Below, piece after piece: positions 50,391 to 63,752 of a stretch of DNA of 64,000 bases; the stretch's first letter is position 1, and the number at the start of each line of letters is the position of its first letter. The position numbers were made by a program, and so were the translations under genes. Where the stretch lies: assembly GCF_009914755.1 (NCBI RefSeq), contig NC_060928.1. One strand, written 5' to 3'. Source of the stretch: the human T2T-CHM13v2.0 reference genome, Homo sapiens. The notes beneath the pieces were generated by a model. It had not been told where the DNA came from and did no database searches. It saw only the letters and a program-made list of their open reading frames with translations.

Positions 50391-53300
50391 CCAAGAAGAA
50401 CTGAGGATACATTAGCGTATCAGGAAGGGCATTTATTGATCGTATGTGGATTGCTACGTTTCTATCTAAGATAGATTCCAGGTCACAGGGTGGGTTAACC
50501 CACTGGGCTTGATCTCAAGCCCAGTCTCTGGTCTGTAACTTGGCGGCTCACACGCACCCTCTTTGGGCTTCTCCAGCTCTGCCCTGTCCATCAGCCCGTC
50601 CCACTTCACTCCTGCTGGGAATTCCTAGGCAAGTCCTCTCCACAGAAGGCAGCTGCTGGGTGCAAAAGTTCTTTTGCTGTGTGTCTCGTGGGGACTGCAG
50701 AGTCCAGCTAATTCCATTGTGTTGTTCTTTGCCTCATTCTATTTGGGTCTCCTGTTTGAAGTAACACTCTGGGTTTTAGAGTGGTTTCCATCCTCCCAAA
50801 TAGGTTGGTTCCTGGGGACAACGTGGGGCCAGTGTGACTCATGCCCAGCAGCGGGAGAAAGAGGTAACTACCCTGGTCCATTCACAGGAGGTGCTCGTGT
50901 GTCCTTCCTGACCAAGTGCAAAGCGATGGGCAAGTGCCGGTTTTCTCTCAGCCCATGTGTACTCTCCACCATGTCAGGCCAGAGACTCACCTCTACCTGG
51001 CCATAAACTCAGCCTGCCCCCCCGGCCCCCCATCAAACGCAGCTTCCCCCAATTAACCCAGAAGTCGCGGGCTGTGTCCGGATCATCGGACGGCTGCTTC
51101 ACAGTGAGGAACAACACAGTGCCAAGTACAGCTTCAGCCTCGCACCTGCTGCCTGTGGGAGCTGCCAAGGTAACTGGCACCTCCTTCACCCATACCTGCT
51201 GCTGCTGGCAGCCTCGGGCTTGCAGGCTCTGGCATCCCAGCTGGCTGGCATGGGACTGGAGGGTGGCTCTGTCACCCGCCGTGGCTCTTGGAAGTGTGCC
51301 CGGCGGAGGGCTCGCAGAGCAGCTGTAGAGCAGGCATATCTGCTGGAGGTTGACAAGGCTCTGCATGCCGAGGGGAGCACCGGCAGCTCTGCCTGTGCCG
51401 GGAGCATGACCAGGGCGCTTCCAGGAGCTCGGCCTCGTTCACCGTGGATGGTTATACACAAATTCTAAAGACTCCATCAGTTGGGACAAGAGCCATTGCA
51501 AACATCCCACCTTGTGCCATTTTAAGACCTCCAGACATAAAACCAGCGAGAACCACAATGCCACTTCCCTCCCACAGAGCTGGAAGCCCACAGCAGATGC
51601 ATAGTTTGGAACTCAAGTCAAATAGAGTCTCGTTTCATCCTTTCTGACCCCAGACAAGTGAGTTCACGTCGTGAGTCTCAGTCTCCCTGTCTGCACGGGA
51701 ACAGCTGGAATGGGGATTAAAGAAGCAACCCAGCCAGTGTCTGGAAGAGACCCAGCACGTGGCGGCCACGGTGAAGCTGTGTCTGCCATTTTCACCTTCC
51801 AGCGCTGCTGCCTGTGCCTGTAAAACTTGGCTGCTCATCACCTTTCTAGAACTTCTGCCCTCATCCCTTCATTGCTGCTGGCATGGAGCAACCTGCTTCC
51901 TTAGCCAGCACTGGCTGATCTCAGGGGAGGTCCCCGCAGCACCCACACCTCTTAGTCTGACCCATTCTGCCCCTCCTTCCCCCTCAGCTCCTGCAGCTCC
52001 TTGGCCCGGCCTCCCAGAGGGCGCACATGGGGGCTTCTGCCGTGCTAGAGCAGCAGCTGCATTTCAGTGGTCTCTGTGCCTGCTCTCAGCCCCACAGGAT
52101 CCTGGGCTCCCCTGTTAAGCAGGCGGGGCAGGGAGCATCAGTCACTTGTAAAGGAGCTGGGGCAGCCTGGAGTTAGGCCCCAGGGCTCCTGCTCTGCCAG
52201 TTCCAGGCTTACCCCCTTCAGTGCTGGCCCCTGAGGAGGTGCCGGGTCAGCCTGGAGGAGGAGAGCCCTGGTGATGAGGGCCCTCGGGGGCTGTAGGGTG
52301 GCGCTGTTGGCTGACCAGGGTGGACTCACTTCCCAGTTTGAGCCACTCGTACAGTTGCACGGCACCGCTGGCTGCAGAAGTTCCCCGCCCAGCCACGTGC
52401 ACGCCTGGTCTGGATGCAGCCTGGCATCGCGCCGATGCTCAGGAGAGGTCTGGAAAGGAACTCTGGCACTGGAGGGGTTCAGTTACTGCAGGAGTTTATA
52501 GATAGCGAGGGATTCGCTGAAAAGGACCAATTCTCATGCAGTCAGTGAGACACAGTTGGCGAAGAGTAAATTGAGGAGGTGTGTGCTGGTTTTCCGTGGG
52601 TCAGGTCCGAGGTCATGCCCCTATTTCCATCCCTAAGGTGTCAGTAAAAGCTGCAGGCAGGGGCACTGACGGTGGAGGAGGGGTCCTCTGGGATTGCGCC
52701 CAGCCCAGCTTCATTCTGGAACGATCTGCTAGTGAGTGTCACAGCCCCCAGCACCAGTGGGCTCAGAATACCAGCAAGCCGTGGCAGGCAGCTGAACCCA
52801 CATGTGGAAGGGCTGGTTGGGAGACGCGGCTCAGGGCGTGGATGCAGAGAGGTGGGCACAGGCACCGGGGGTGGCCCTAGGGGTGCTGCCCCTGTGGGTT
52901 CAGACACAGAAAATCAGTTGCCTCTGTTGCCGCCAGCCCTCTCCGCCCACAGGGCACACTGCCAGGGCTGAGTCTGGGGGTGAGGTGGAGTTAAGGAGAT
53001 GCCCAAGCCCATGGGTAACGCACAGGTGAAATGACACAGCTCCTGCACTGGGTCGGGCTGCAGTCAAGGTCCAGCTGCTGGCATTGGAGAATGTCAGAGG
53101 TGCCCAGGACGTGCAGGGTGGGTGCCATGCCACCCCAACCCCTCTGGGGCATTGGTGCACGGATCAGGGGACAGCCTGGGAAGCTCAGAGAAGACAAGCC
53201 TGGAGCCACTGCGTGGCCCAACACTGAGTTTTCTGATGTTGCTATAATCTTGGGCGAGTTACTTAATGTTCCTTGGGACTCAGTTTCCTGGTCAGCGAAA

Positions 53301-54798
53301 TGGGAAGGTGTCCTCCTGTTCTGAAGTGATAGTAAGGTCTCGGTGAGGTTCCCTTCACTCTGTCCTCTGCTGGTGTCCAGAGCATGGTGGGCAATGATCT
53401 CGCTAACTCCTCCCCAAACAGCTTTCGTGCTGAAGGGCATCCTGCTCTCTCCCTGTATCTCTGTGGGTCGTGGGTTCAGATCCTGCTGCCTTCGCTGCTG
53501 CGTATTTGGGTGACTTGCCTGGCAGGGTCTCCTCGTCCCTAACACTGGGCACCCCCTCCGGCACCGGGCTGCATTTCCTTCCCCTCTGTTCACCCACCTC
53601 GCTGGCGCCTGATGCCCCCTTTCACACTCAGAATCTGGAGCGCCTTCTGGAATTTTATTGAACAACTTCACTGTCCCACAATTGCCCTGTGTCACCTTAG
53701 TTCCCTCTTCCTCTCTGATCCTGGGAGGGTTTGTTAGAAAGTCTGGGTACCTCTTCGCGGGTTCTGTGGAGCCATCGGGTCCTGGGCGCCACAGCGGTCT
53801 GTGTGTCTTCTCATCTCACAGCACAGACCTAGCCTGAACTGGAACGTGACCGAAGCTCAGAATGAATTCCCCTGGGAAAACACATCTGCAGCACCTGTCA
53901 CCTCTGCTGAGACTGAGGTTCCAGTCTGGGGTTCCCTTTGGGCAAGTCCCTTTCCCACTGGGCCTCAGTTTCCCCATATATAAAGTGCAGGTGTGAATAC
54001 ATGTACCCTCAAGAGGGGTTCTGGGGTCCACTCAAGGGGCCTTGCAGCTGCCAAGTGCAGAACAGGTGCTGGCACTCAGCCTCGCAGCTGTTAGGGACAC
54101 AGCGGCTGCGTCTTCAAGCAAGGGGTGGTCCATGCCGTAAGCAGGGGACAAGCTGGAGCACACCGGCTTCCCTTCAGTGGCACAGTGACACAGGCAGTGC
54201 CACCTGCCCACCACTCTGTTCCTGCTTCGTGCATGTTCTACACACACCTCTGGAATCCTCAGGACAGGCACAGGAGGTCCGCTTCATTAACCCTTTGTTC
54301 AGATAGAAAAAAATCCTAAGTCTCAGAAAGGTGTAAACCTTGCCCAAGGCCAGAGCTTGCAGGCGGGTGCTGCCTTTCACACCTGCGCGTGTGACTTCCG
54401 TGTTCGCAAGTGGGAGTGGGGCGAGCAGGGGCTCCTCACCCTGAGGAGGAGGGGTGGGCACTGCACATACGTCCCCGCCAATGGAGTAATTATAGGGGAG
54501 GAAAATGGCTTCATTAAATCATTTTTAAGAAGTGAATATGTACAAACACTCAGCAGTTAAGCAGCCGATTTGCAGACAGCAATTTTCCAACTGCGCTTGC
54601 CTTCCATGTTTCTATTTGCCCGTTTTTAGACTCTGGTTTTTTATTTTTAATTGGAATAAATGTAGATTGGAATGATCAGCTCCTGAGTTGCTGGGTGCAG
54701 TTAAAGAACTTGGTGATGGTGCAGCTACTGAATGCTGGGGAGGTCACCTGCGGGACGGCACCAGGCACAGAGAGAGGAGGCGCTCAGTAAGCGCTGTC

Positions 54799-55338
54799 GT
54801 CCTACTCCTCTCCTGCCTCTTCCCCTTCCCCTTTTCCCTCCCTCCTCCTCCCTCCTTTTCTCCCTCCTTCTTTCCTCCTCCCTTTCTTCCCTCTTCTTCC
54901 TCCCTTTTCCCCCATCCTTCCCCTTCTCCCGTTTTCCCTCCTTCCTTCCTTTCTTTCCTCTCCCTCCTTTTCCTCTTCCTTCCCTCCTTTATCCTCCCTC
55001 CCTTCCTCCTCCCTTTTCTCTCCCTGTCTCCCTTCTCCCTCCCTCCTCCCCCCACTTCTTCCTCCCTTTTCCCTCCCTTTCTCCCCTCTTCCCTCCTCCC
55101 TCTTCTCTCCTCCCTGTTCCCCCTCCCTCTTCCCCCATCCTTCCCCTTCTCCCTTTTTCCCTCCTTCCTTCCTTTCTTCTCCTTCCTCCCACTCTTCCCT
55201 CTTTGTCACTCCCTCCCTCTTCCCTCCCTCCTCCCTCCTTCCTCCCCTTCTCTCCCCTTTCCTTCCTCTTCTCATTTCCCTCCTCCCTCTGCCTCCTCCC
55301 TCTGCCTCCTCCCTCTGCCTCCTCCCTTTCTTCCTTCC
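54799..55338. repeat. ~540-bp polypyrimidine (CT-rich) low-complexity tract
   Basis: Almost pure C/T on the + strand. Confidence 0.97.
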
Positions 55339-56291
55339 AGACAGGCTGAGTTCTCCCAGGGATTTTGACACCATCCACAGATTCTAGGGAGAATTCCTCC
55401 CCAGAAGGGCAGGCTCAGGAGCCACTAGGACCGCTAAGGAAGATGTACAGGAATTCGATCCACGAGTGTCAGTGCTAGTGCTTAGACTCAAATACTCAAA
55501 TCCAGTTCCCACATGTTCAGCGGGAAACTGTGGCCCAGGGAGGGAAACCTGTTCACCTGAGGTCACAGAGCCTTCAGGTCTGGCACCCAGAGCACCTCCA
55601 AAGGAATCCAACAAGCATTTATTGAGTGCCAGCTGTGTGCCTGGCCAGTAGAGGCTTGCGTCCCCACTCTGGCCGGGAGATCTGTGTGGGCTTCAGGAGG
55701 GGGTAGTACTGGGTTTGGAGTTGATCTGAGGGTCCTGTGCTCTGGTGAACTGCTAAGAGACAGGCCCAGCTGTCTGATATGGGGTGGTGGCAGCACCCCT
55801 TCCCTCCCTCTGCTCAGTCCACCATGAGCCGGGGCAGCAACTGAATGGGCCACAGCATCCATCACACTGACCCTGCTGACCGGCCCTCAGTGTCCCTGCC
55901 CACAGGCCGCTGTTATGTGATTGGACTATCGACCCCTAGCTGCGTCCAACACCCAGCACTGAGCCCGGCGCCCCGCAGACACTCAGCCCATCACTGGGGG
56001 TCACACAGGCCCCTCACTGCTCCACCGTGTTCCTCGAAGCCGTACACTTAACTCCTACCATGCCCTCCAGTGGTCCCAGCAAGAGGCCCCCTCCCTCCTT
56101 GGGCCCCTGGGGCTTCCCACTGGCCTCAAACTCTTCCTGGGGATGACGCACTGGAAGCTGCCTGTCTCCATTTCTTCACTGAAAACCAGGAGCTCCCCAG
56201 GGGATTCAGGGAGCTTTAATGAAGTAGGCAGGTGAGGTGCTAATTCAGAGTCTTCCTCATGTAGAATAGAAGCTCAGTCAGTGCAACTGCC

Positions 56292-56657
56292 TATAGAGAG
56301 GTGAATAGAGTCGCCCCCAAAATCTCTGTCCACCAGGAACCTCAGGGGTGACGCTATTGGGTCCAGGGCCTTTGCAGATGTCATTAGCTAAGGATAGAGG
56401 TGAAATCAGCCTGGCTTTAGGGTGGGCACTATATCCAATGTGAAATCGAGGCAGAGAGTGGCGCAGTGCAGCCTCAATCTCAGGGACGCCTGGAGCCCTC
56501 AGCAGCTGGAAGAGGCAGGAGGATCCTCCCCTGGAGCCTCCACAGGGAGCTCAGGGCCCTGCTAGCACCTTGACTTTGGACTTCTGACCTCCAGAACTGT
56601 GAGGGGACAAGCCACGCGGGTTGTGGTATTTGCACAGCAGCCTGGGACCCTAACCCA
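56292..56657 (+). mobile_element. MLT1C solo LTR with an internal deletion
   Basis: cccccaaaa...ggaacctcag...ctttgcagatgtcattag...tttagggtgggc...caccttgactttggacttctgacctccagaactgtgag. Confidence 0.86.
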
Positions 56658-57861
56658 TCACCTCAACTCACGCCCTGGCCCTGCCCTCCCCAGCGCCCCT
56701 CTAGAATTGCCTTGTCTGGTTGAGTCTTGTTGCTTGCACAACATTGAAAACACACAGGAAGAGGTCAACAGGCTGCTGTGGGTTTTGTTTTTTTTTTTTT
56801 CATGTTCTTTGAAGGAGTGATGTTTAGAGTTTAGAATAATGGCCAGATAAGCAGCGCCGCCGCCCTTGTTCTTTCCCCAGGAAAGGAAGTGGGGTGCGGC
56901 AGTGCCTCCTTAACCGCATCTCTCTTCCCACCGGCCTGGCCTCCGCAGCACCCTGAGCTGTCTGCTGGAGTCGGGTGGTCCCCCTCCCCACCCCGCCGCC
57001 ACTGCTTGCCAGCCAGTTTCAGGTTTTCTAACCACGATCCAAGAGTCTGAACTCTTCCAAGAGTCCAAGCTTGGCGAGTGCACCGCAGAGAGAAACATGC
57101 TCCCCATAGAAAGACGAGGGCATCCATCATTGAGGATCCTGTCCCCCGAGCACCCCTGGTCTGCAACAGAAACCTGGCAGGTTCCAGAGAGCGGGAGCTT
57201 AACTCGGGTCCTCCTTTTCTCGGACACAGCGCGGGGAGAGGCAAAGGCCGGGCACGCCCACTGGGCGTTCTCCAGCTTTGTTCCTTGCAATAAATCTTCA
57301 TCATTAGATATCATCATGGCTGCACTTACTTATCTGAGAAGCAGATGCTCAGAGGAAATAATGCAGTGAGAGAGAGACTCTTGAGTTGCCCACCAGGAAA
57401 ACACAGTCCGGGCAAGAGGCTTCTGGGAAGAACGGATCCCTTTCAGGTCTCTTGAAAGGGGTTCTGGGAGGCTAGACAACAGGGACACTTGCGGGGTGCC
57501 TGCAGGTTAAGGATGTGTGGTCACAGCCTTTTTTGTTGATAAGGACCCTGAAGATGCCTGATTCCAATCCTCTGATGCCTCAAAGAAGAAAACTAATGTT
57601 AAAATCCACAGTGGGCTGCCCAGGGAGCAGCAGTGGGCGGACATGAGCCCAGACCCCCCAACCGTGCTTCACCCGGGGGCAGTCCTGACTCCCAGCCCAG
57701 CCCTCCACCTTCCCCCAAGCAGCATGGCACCTGAGCAGTGTCACTCCATCTTCCATGTCACCTGGTGTCCCCTCCTTCAGCCTGACACCTCGGGCAGCCC
57801 CAAGTCATGCCAACTCCACTTCCTGGGCCTACATCCTATTCTTCCTCTCACTCCTCCACCT

Positions 57862-58294
57862 CCTCAGTCACCTGTCCCCAACTCAGTCACCTGTCCCCAC
57901 CTCAGTCACTTGTCCCTTCTTGCAGTCACCTGTCCCCTCCTGCAGTCACCTGTGCCCTCCTGCAATCACCTGTCCCCTCCTGCAGTCACCTGTCCCCTCC
58001 TCATACCTGTTCCCTGCAGTCACCTGTCCCCTCAGTCACCTGGGCCCTCCTGCAGTCACCTGTCCCCTCCTCAGTCACCTGTCCCCTCCTCAGTCACCTG
58101 TCCCCTCCTCAGTCACCTGTCTCCTCCTGCAGTCACCTGTCCCCTCCTCACACCTGTCCCCTCCTCAGTCACCTGTCCCCTTCTCAGTCACCTGTCCCCT
58201 CCTCACACCTGTCCCCTGCAGTCACCTGTCCCCTCCTCAGTCACCTGTCCCCTCCTCACACCTGTCTCCTCCTCAGTCACCTGTCCCCACCTGC
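57862..58294. repeat. 16-20-bp minisatellite (cagtcacctgtcccctcct core), ~23-24 units
   Basis: Directly visible; source of the SPVP/VTCP/HLSP pseudo-ORFs. Confidence 0.97.
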
Positions 58295-58493
58295 AACTGC
58301 AGCACTCTTCCCAAACAGCAGTAATGATGAGCCCTGCTATGCAGGTGCCATGACCCAGGCGCCATTCAGGCAGATTCCACATGGTCACTTGCTCATCTGC
58401 TGGGACCGCATTTTCCAGGGGTCACGTGCCCATCCACTGCAGAGCCCCACACCTTCAGAAGACGCCCATCGCCTTGGCACGTTGTCCAGACCG

Positions 58494-59297
58494 GCGTGTC
58501 CCTTAGGAATAGAATCGGAGCCATTGGGGTCTTTCTAAATGTTCTAGTGGCCACATTAAAAAGTGAAGAGAAACAGGTGGCATGGAAAAGCGTGGAAGGA
58601 CCTTAATGCTATCACTAAGCGAACGGAACCAAATGAAAAGGCTGTGAACTCTAGGATTCCTGGTAGATCACCTTGTGGAAAAGGCGTTAACTATGACGAT
58701 GATAAAAGGATCGGTGGTTGCCAGGAGGCGGGCGGGGTGAGGGGGATGAATCGGCGGAGAACAGGGGATTCTTGGGGCAGTGACGCTGCTCCGTATGATA
58801 CCACAGTTGGGGGGGCCCTGTCATTCTACAGGTGCCCAGACCCATAGAGTTCAGGAGCCCCCCAGCTGGCCCTGACCTGAACTCTGCACTCTGGTGGTAA
58901 TGTCGCGTCAGGGCGGCCTCCCTCACTGATTGTAAGAGCGAGTCTCTCAGCTGGGGGCGCTGACGGTGGGGGCCGAAGGTGTATGGGGATGCTCTCATTT
59001 CTACTCCATTTGCTGTGAACCTAAAACTGCTTTAAGAAATAAAGCCTATGGGTTTAAAATAAAGAACAGGTGAAATTAATTTTAATCACAGCTTTTAATT
59101 AACTCAATATATCCAAAAGATGATGTCAACATGTAATCAATATAAACATTATAATGAAATATTTTACATTCTTTTTAATGCTAAGTCTTTGAAATCAGTG
59201 TATATTTCATAGTCCCAGGGCATCTCCATTCGAATGAATTCACCCTATTTCTAGTGCTAGGCGGCCCTGCGGGTCAGTGGTGCTGCCCGACAATGCG
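58494..59297. mobile_element. MER33 hAT-Charlie element split by an L1 insertion
   Basis: ttctagtggccacattaaaaagtgaagagaaacaggtg | ... | aacaggtgaaattaattttaat...caacatgtaatcaatataaa...taagtctttgaaatc reconstitutes MER33. Confidence 0.85.
58580..59064 (+). mobile_element. L1MC1-like LINE-1 3' end
   Basis: ggaaggaccttaatgc...tgaaaaggct...ggaaaaggc...ggtggttgccagg...gggcagtga...tttgctgtgaacctaaaactgct...aaataaag. Confidence 0.85.
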
Positions 59298-59435
59298 GGT
59301 CCAGCCCTCTCTGTGGCCCTGGGGACCGCCCGCCCCACCCACCTCCGGCCGCCCTGTTGTCTCTCACAGCTCACGTGGGGACACTGCTCCCGAACCAGCT
59401 CCTACACATACCTCGGACCCGGCTCAAATGCCCAC

Positions 59436-59907
59436 TTGTGGTCGGCAGAGCAATGCCTCCCACAGACGTCCACGTCCTAATCCCCGGAAACTGTGACTAT
59501 GCTACCTTACATGGCAAAGGGGACTTTGCAGATGGATTAAATGAAGGATCTTGGGATTATCCTGGATTGTCCTCGTGGGGCCTTTGTAATCACAAGGAGG
59601 GAGCCAGAGGGACGTGAGACTGTGGTAGTCGGCGCTGTGACGGGAGGCTGTGACGGGAAGCAGAGTGGAGCGATAGACTCTGCAGTGGGCCTCGGGGCCT
59701 CGGGGCGAGGACTGCAGGAGGTCGCTAGCAGGTGGGAGAGACAGGGCATGGGTTCTCCTCTGGAGCTTCCAGGAGGTGCCTACACCTTGATTAGCCCTGT
59801 AAGACCCCCTGCAGACTCCTGCCCTCCAGAACTGTAGATAATGAATGTGGCTGGTTTTAAGCTGCTGAGTCTGTGGGCCTTTGTTACAGCAGCCATGGGA
59901 ATCTCAC
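59436..59907 (+). mobile_element. MLT1D solo LTR
   Basis: tgtggtcggcaga...gtccacgtcctaatccccggaa...ccttacatggcaaaggggactttgcagatg...ctccagaactgta...ttgttacagcagc. Confidence 0.9.
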
Positions 59908-60625
59908 AGGCCCCCCCACCAGGTGAAGTCAGCCTGCCAGTGTTTGTGCCCCCTCCGCTGAGCCTGGGGCCCTCATGCCAGGTGCTCCTTATGCACAGAT
60001 GAGAGAGGAAGGGTACCCAGACTAAGGTGAGCAGGGAGGTGTAGGGGTGGAATTTAAAAGCTTTAGGAGGAAATGTCAGCTGGTCAGTGCTGGATTAGAC
60101 CTGGCAGTGGGGGCAGCCTGGGGGGCTGAGGATGGCACCTGGACCCCCTCAGTTTGATGTTCCCCTTAGCGTCTCCCAGGACTCTCTGGACGTGCCTGTT
60201 GGCATCGCTGCTCCCGGCTGCAGTGTCTGTCTCCTTGTGCTCTCTCTGTCTCTGTCTCTCTCTCTGTCTCTCTCTGTCTCTCTCTCCCCCCAACACCAGC
60301 CAGCCTGTCACCCCCATGATAGCAGGGCACAGTGTCCACGCTGCCCATGGATTCCAGCCTCAGTGTAGTGATGGGACACACAGCAGGTACTCAGTATGCA
60401 CACATCATGTGAAAGAATTTGAATGAGGGGGTGAATTTGAATTCCTAGGCCCGTAGTATGGGCCTTAAAGCATAAAAATTTAAACAAATGGAATGAATGG
60501 GTGAGTGGGTGAATCAATGTTCCTAGTGTCTGCAGGAGTTGGACTTGGGAGTCGTGGATATCTGAGGAATTGGGTTTGCATTGTCTGCAGGGTGAGGGGC
60601 TTCCTAGGCACTGGCAGCTGCTACG

Positions 60626-60937
<312 letters not shown>

Positions 60938-60984
60938 TGGACTGTGCTTTAAATGGACCTGACTTCCTTGTCCTCAGGGCCCTT

Positions 60985-61380
60985 GTACCTGGAACGCAGC
61001 TGCCATCATAAAGTACCACTGTGGCGAACTCTCTCTCGGGGTCCTGGAGGTCAGAAGTCTGAGAGTGTTTTTTTCAGAGGCTCTGAGGGAGCCTCTGCCC
61101 CCTGCCTCTCTCCCAGCATCCGGTGGCTGCCCAGGTCCTTGGTACCCTTGGCCTGCGGCCACATCACCTCACTTTGCCTCTGTCTGTGCGCGGCCTTCTC
61201 TGTGTCTGTGTCCCAATTTCCAAATTCTTATAACACCAGCCATACAGGACTCAGGGCCCACCCTCACCCAGCATGACCTCATCTTAACTAATTGCATCTG
61301 CAGAGACCCTGTTTCCAAATAAATCCACACTTATGGGTTCTGGGTGCACAGGAATTTGGGGAACACTACTCAAGCCCGTC
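60985..61380 (-). mobile_element. MLT1C solo LTR
   Basis: cctggaggtcagaagtctgaga...agggcccaccctcacccagcatgacctcatcttaactaattgcatctgcagagaccctgtttccaaataa. Confidence 0.87.
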
Positions 61381-63309
61381 CAAATGCCTTTCCCCAGCCA
61401 GGCACAACCTCTCTCCTTCCTTCCAGACTCTGTGCAAACATCACCTTGTCTAAGGGGACTTTCTACCACTCTGTCTGCAACCCAGCGGCCCCACCACCCC
61501 TCCCTCACCCTCCACCCGCACCCCTACACCGTTGATTCTTCTTCCCACCCTCATCACATTTGATGCTGTTGTATTTTTGCTTCTTTCCTTATCGTCCATC
61601 TGCCTCCTTCCATCTCCCCTCCTAGAACAGACGTTCCTAGAGAGCAGGGGCTTTGCTCATGGGCTCCTAGCTGCAGGCCACTCCTGGCAGGAGCTCTGGA
61701 GTTTGCAGGTATGAGCAGGCTCCTCTGGCCCAGGGCGGGGAGCAGGACTGAGGCCAGGCTGGATGCTGGGCTAAGGCGAGCAGAGCTGGGAGTGAAGGGA
61801 AGAGAGGATTGAGAAGTATTTGGGAGGCGGGATCGATAGGCAGGTCTTGGAGATGGCTCAGCAGGGTGGGGAAGGAAGGGGAGGCTTCCCCTGTGTCAGG
61901 CTCGTAAACACAACCATTTGTTTCTGCAAGGGCCTTGGAATTTTCTGGGTCTCTGGATCAGATCGATCCTCTGCTAATGGGCCTCTCTCTGCGTCCTTCC
62001 CAAAGAAAATCAATTCTCTGAGATTTGAGAGTAAGTGCGTCCTAATTATACCTCCACTGGGCTTCTTTGTTCACTCCAGCCTGGTCCTCCCTGGGGAGAC
62101 CAGGGGCAGACAGAGGCCAGACAGGTCCTGAGGCCCCCCGCCATCCTGGGGAGGGGCTGGCCCCTGGGAGTTAGAGGGCTGGGGGTTGGGGGTCTGCTCT
62201 TTGTCCTGGCCTAGGAGAAACCTTGTGACCCTGAGGACTGTGAGGGACACACATTCTGGGGACCTGTGGCCACGTGGCCAGCATGCCCAGAGATGATAAA
62301 CAGTCCATTTTTCTGGAGCCTCAGGTTCACTTGAAGATGTAGGGAGGAAACGTCTCCAAGTAGAAACCACCAAAGATGTGTTCTAGAAGGGCGTGAAATA
62401 GCTCCCAGTGGGGTGGGGCCTTTATGCTAAAGCAGCTCCAGGCCTGTCCCCTCGGCCCCCAGAGGACAAACTAGGTGAGTCTGAGAAGCACTGGCCCCAC
62501 AGTCAGGCCACACACGTCAGTGCAGGCCGGGCTCAGAGCCAGGTGCTGGGGTCTGAGGCAGGAGCACTGAAGCCTGGCTCCAGCCCAAGGCCCCCTTGCC
62601 CAAGCTGGAGAGTTGCCCCCAGTCCCCTGAGCTCAGCATAGCTCAGCAGTGATCAGACATGGGGAAGCCCCACAAGGCATGCTGCCCATGACAGGAGCCC
62701 CACGGCCGTGTGTTCCACCCCTGTGCCTCTCCCCACCTTGGGTCTGTGTCTGGATTCTGCATCGATAGAGCAGGGGTGAGATGTGAAATGCTTCCCCGAG
62801 CACCTCTGATCCTCTCCAGTACAGTCGGGGCATATCCTGCAATCCCAGTATATTTTAATGGCTGATGATAAGAGGTGTTGGTTTCAGGATCTCTGGGACT
62901 TAATCTTCAATGGAGAATTAATTCCATATCCTGATGGATGGATGGCTTCCAAACAACAGATATGAAGTTGCCTTTGTGGCTTATCTCCCTCTTCTTGCTG
63001 GGCAGCCAAGGCGCTTTAAAGCTCAGTGTACTCTCAGATTCTCACTTGGCCAGGAGGGCCTTGCCCAAGGAGGTACCGAGTGGACAGCCCTGTCTCCCAG
63101 CACGAGTCCAGCAGATGCCACTCCAGGGCGGGCATAGTGCTTGGGGTCTGATTTCCAGCAGCTGCCCGAACTCTGGTACCTGCCTGCGGTCTCCTACCAT
63201 CCTGTGCTGCAGGTGGTGGCCAGGGTGGAGGATGGGGCTCCCTGGAGGAGCTCAGAGTCCAGAGAGGGAAAGAGGCAAGCAGATAGGCCACAGGAATGCC
63301 TCGGCACAG

Positions 63310-63455
63310 CCACCAGCCTGAAATCAGACGGGCCAGTCAAATCCTGAGTCAGCCACTTATTAACTAAGTGATTTCAGGCAGTGAACTATCCCTTTGGAGG
63401 CTTCTCTGGTCACCTGTGAGATGCATGTGGTAACCTAGAGCTGCCCGGCTCATAG
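63310..63455 (+). mobile_element. MIR fragment
   Basis: gaaatcagacgggccagtcaaatcctgagtcagccacttattaactaagtgatttcaggca. Confidence 0.65.
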
Positions 63456-63752
63456 GAGGCATGGGGGAGGAATGACTGGCTGGGATTTGGAGTCAGAAGG
63501 ACCTGACTTTGGATCCTAGCTCTGGACCTAAGCTCCCCACCTGTGTGAGTCCTCAGTGTTCCTGAGAGAGCCCAGTCTCCTCTCCTGCCTTGTCGGCATA
63601 CACTGCCCCCAGGCAGAGTGCCCAGGACTGTACTCAGGGTGTCTGGGGCACTCGGCCCGCACGGGCACAGGGCAGGGGCTGGACACCGTGTGGGCTGACG
63701 AAGGCCACACTTGGAGGGTACATGGCTGACGGCTGTCCCCCTTTTCCCCCAG

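Noticed and set aside
57643-58538. Long Pro/Ser/Cys-rich ORFs in three frames
   Set aside because: Stop-free minisatellite.
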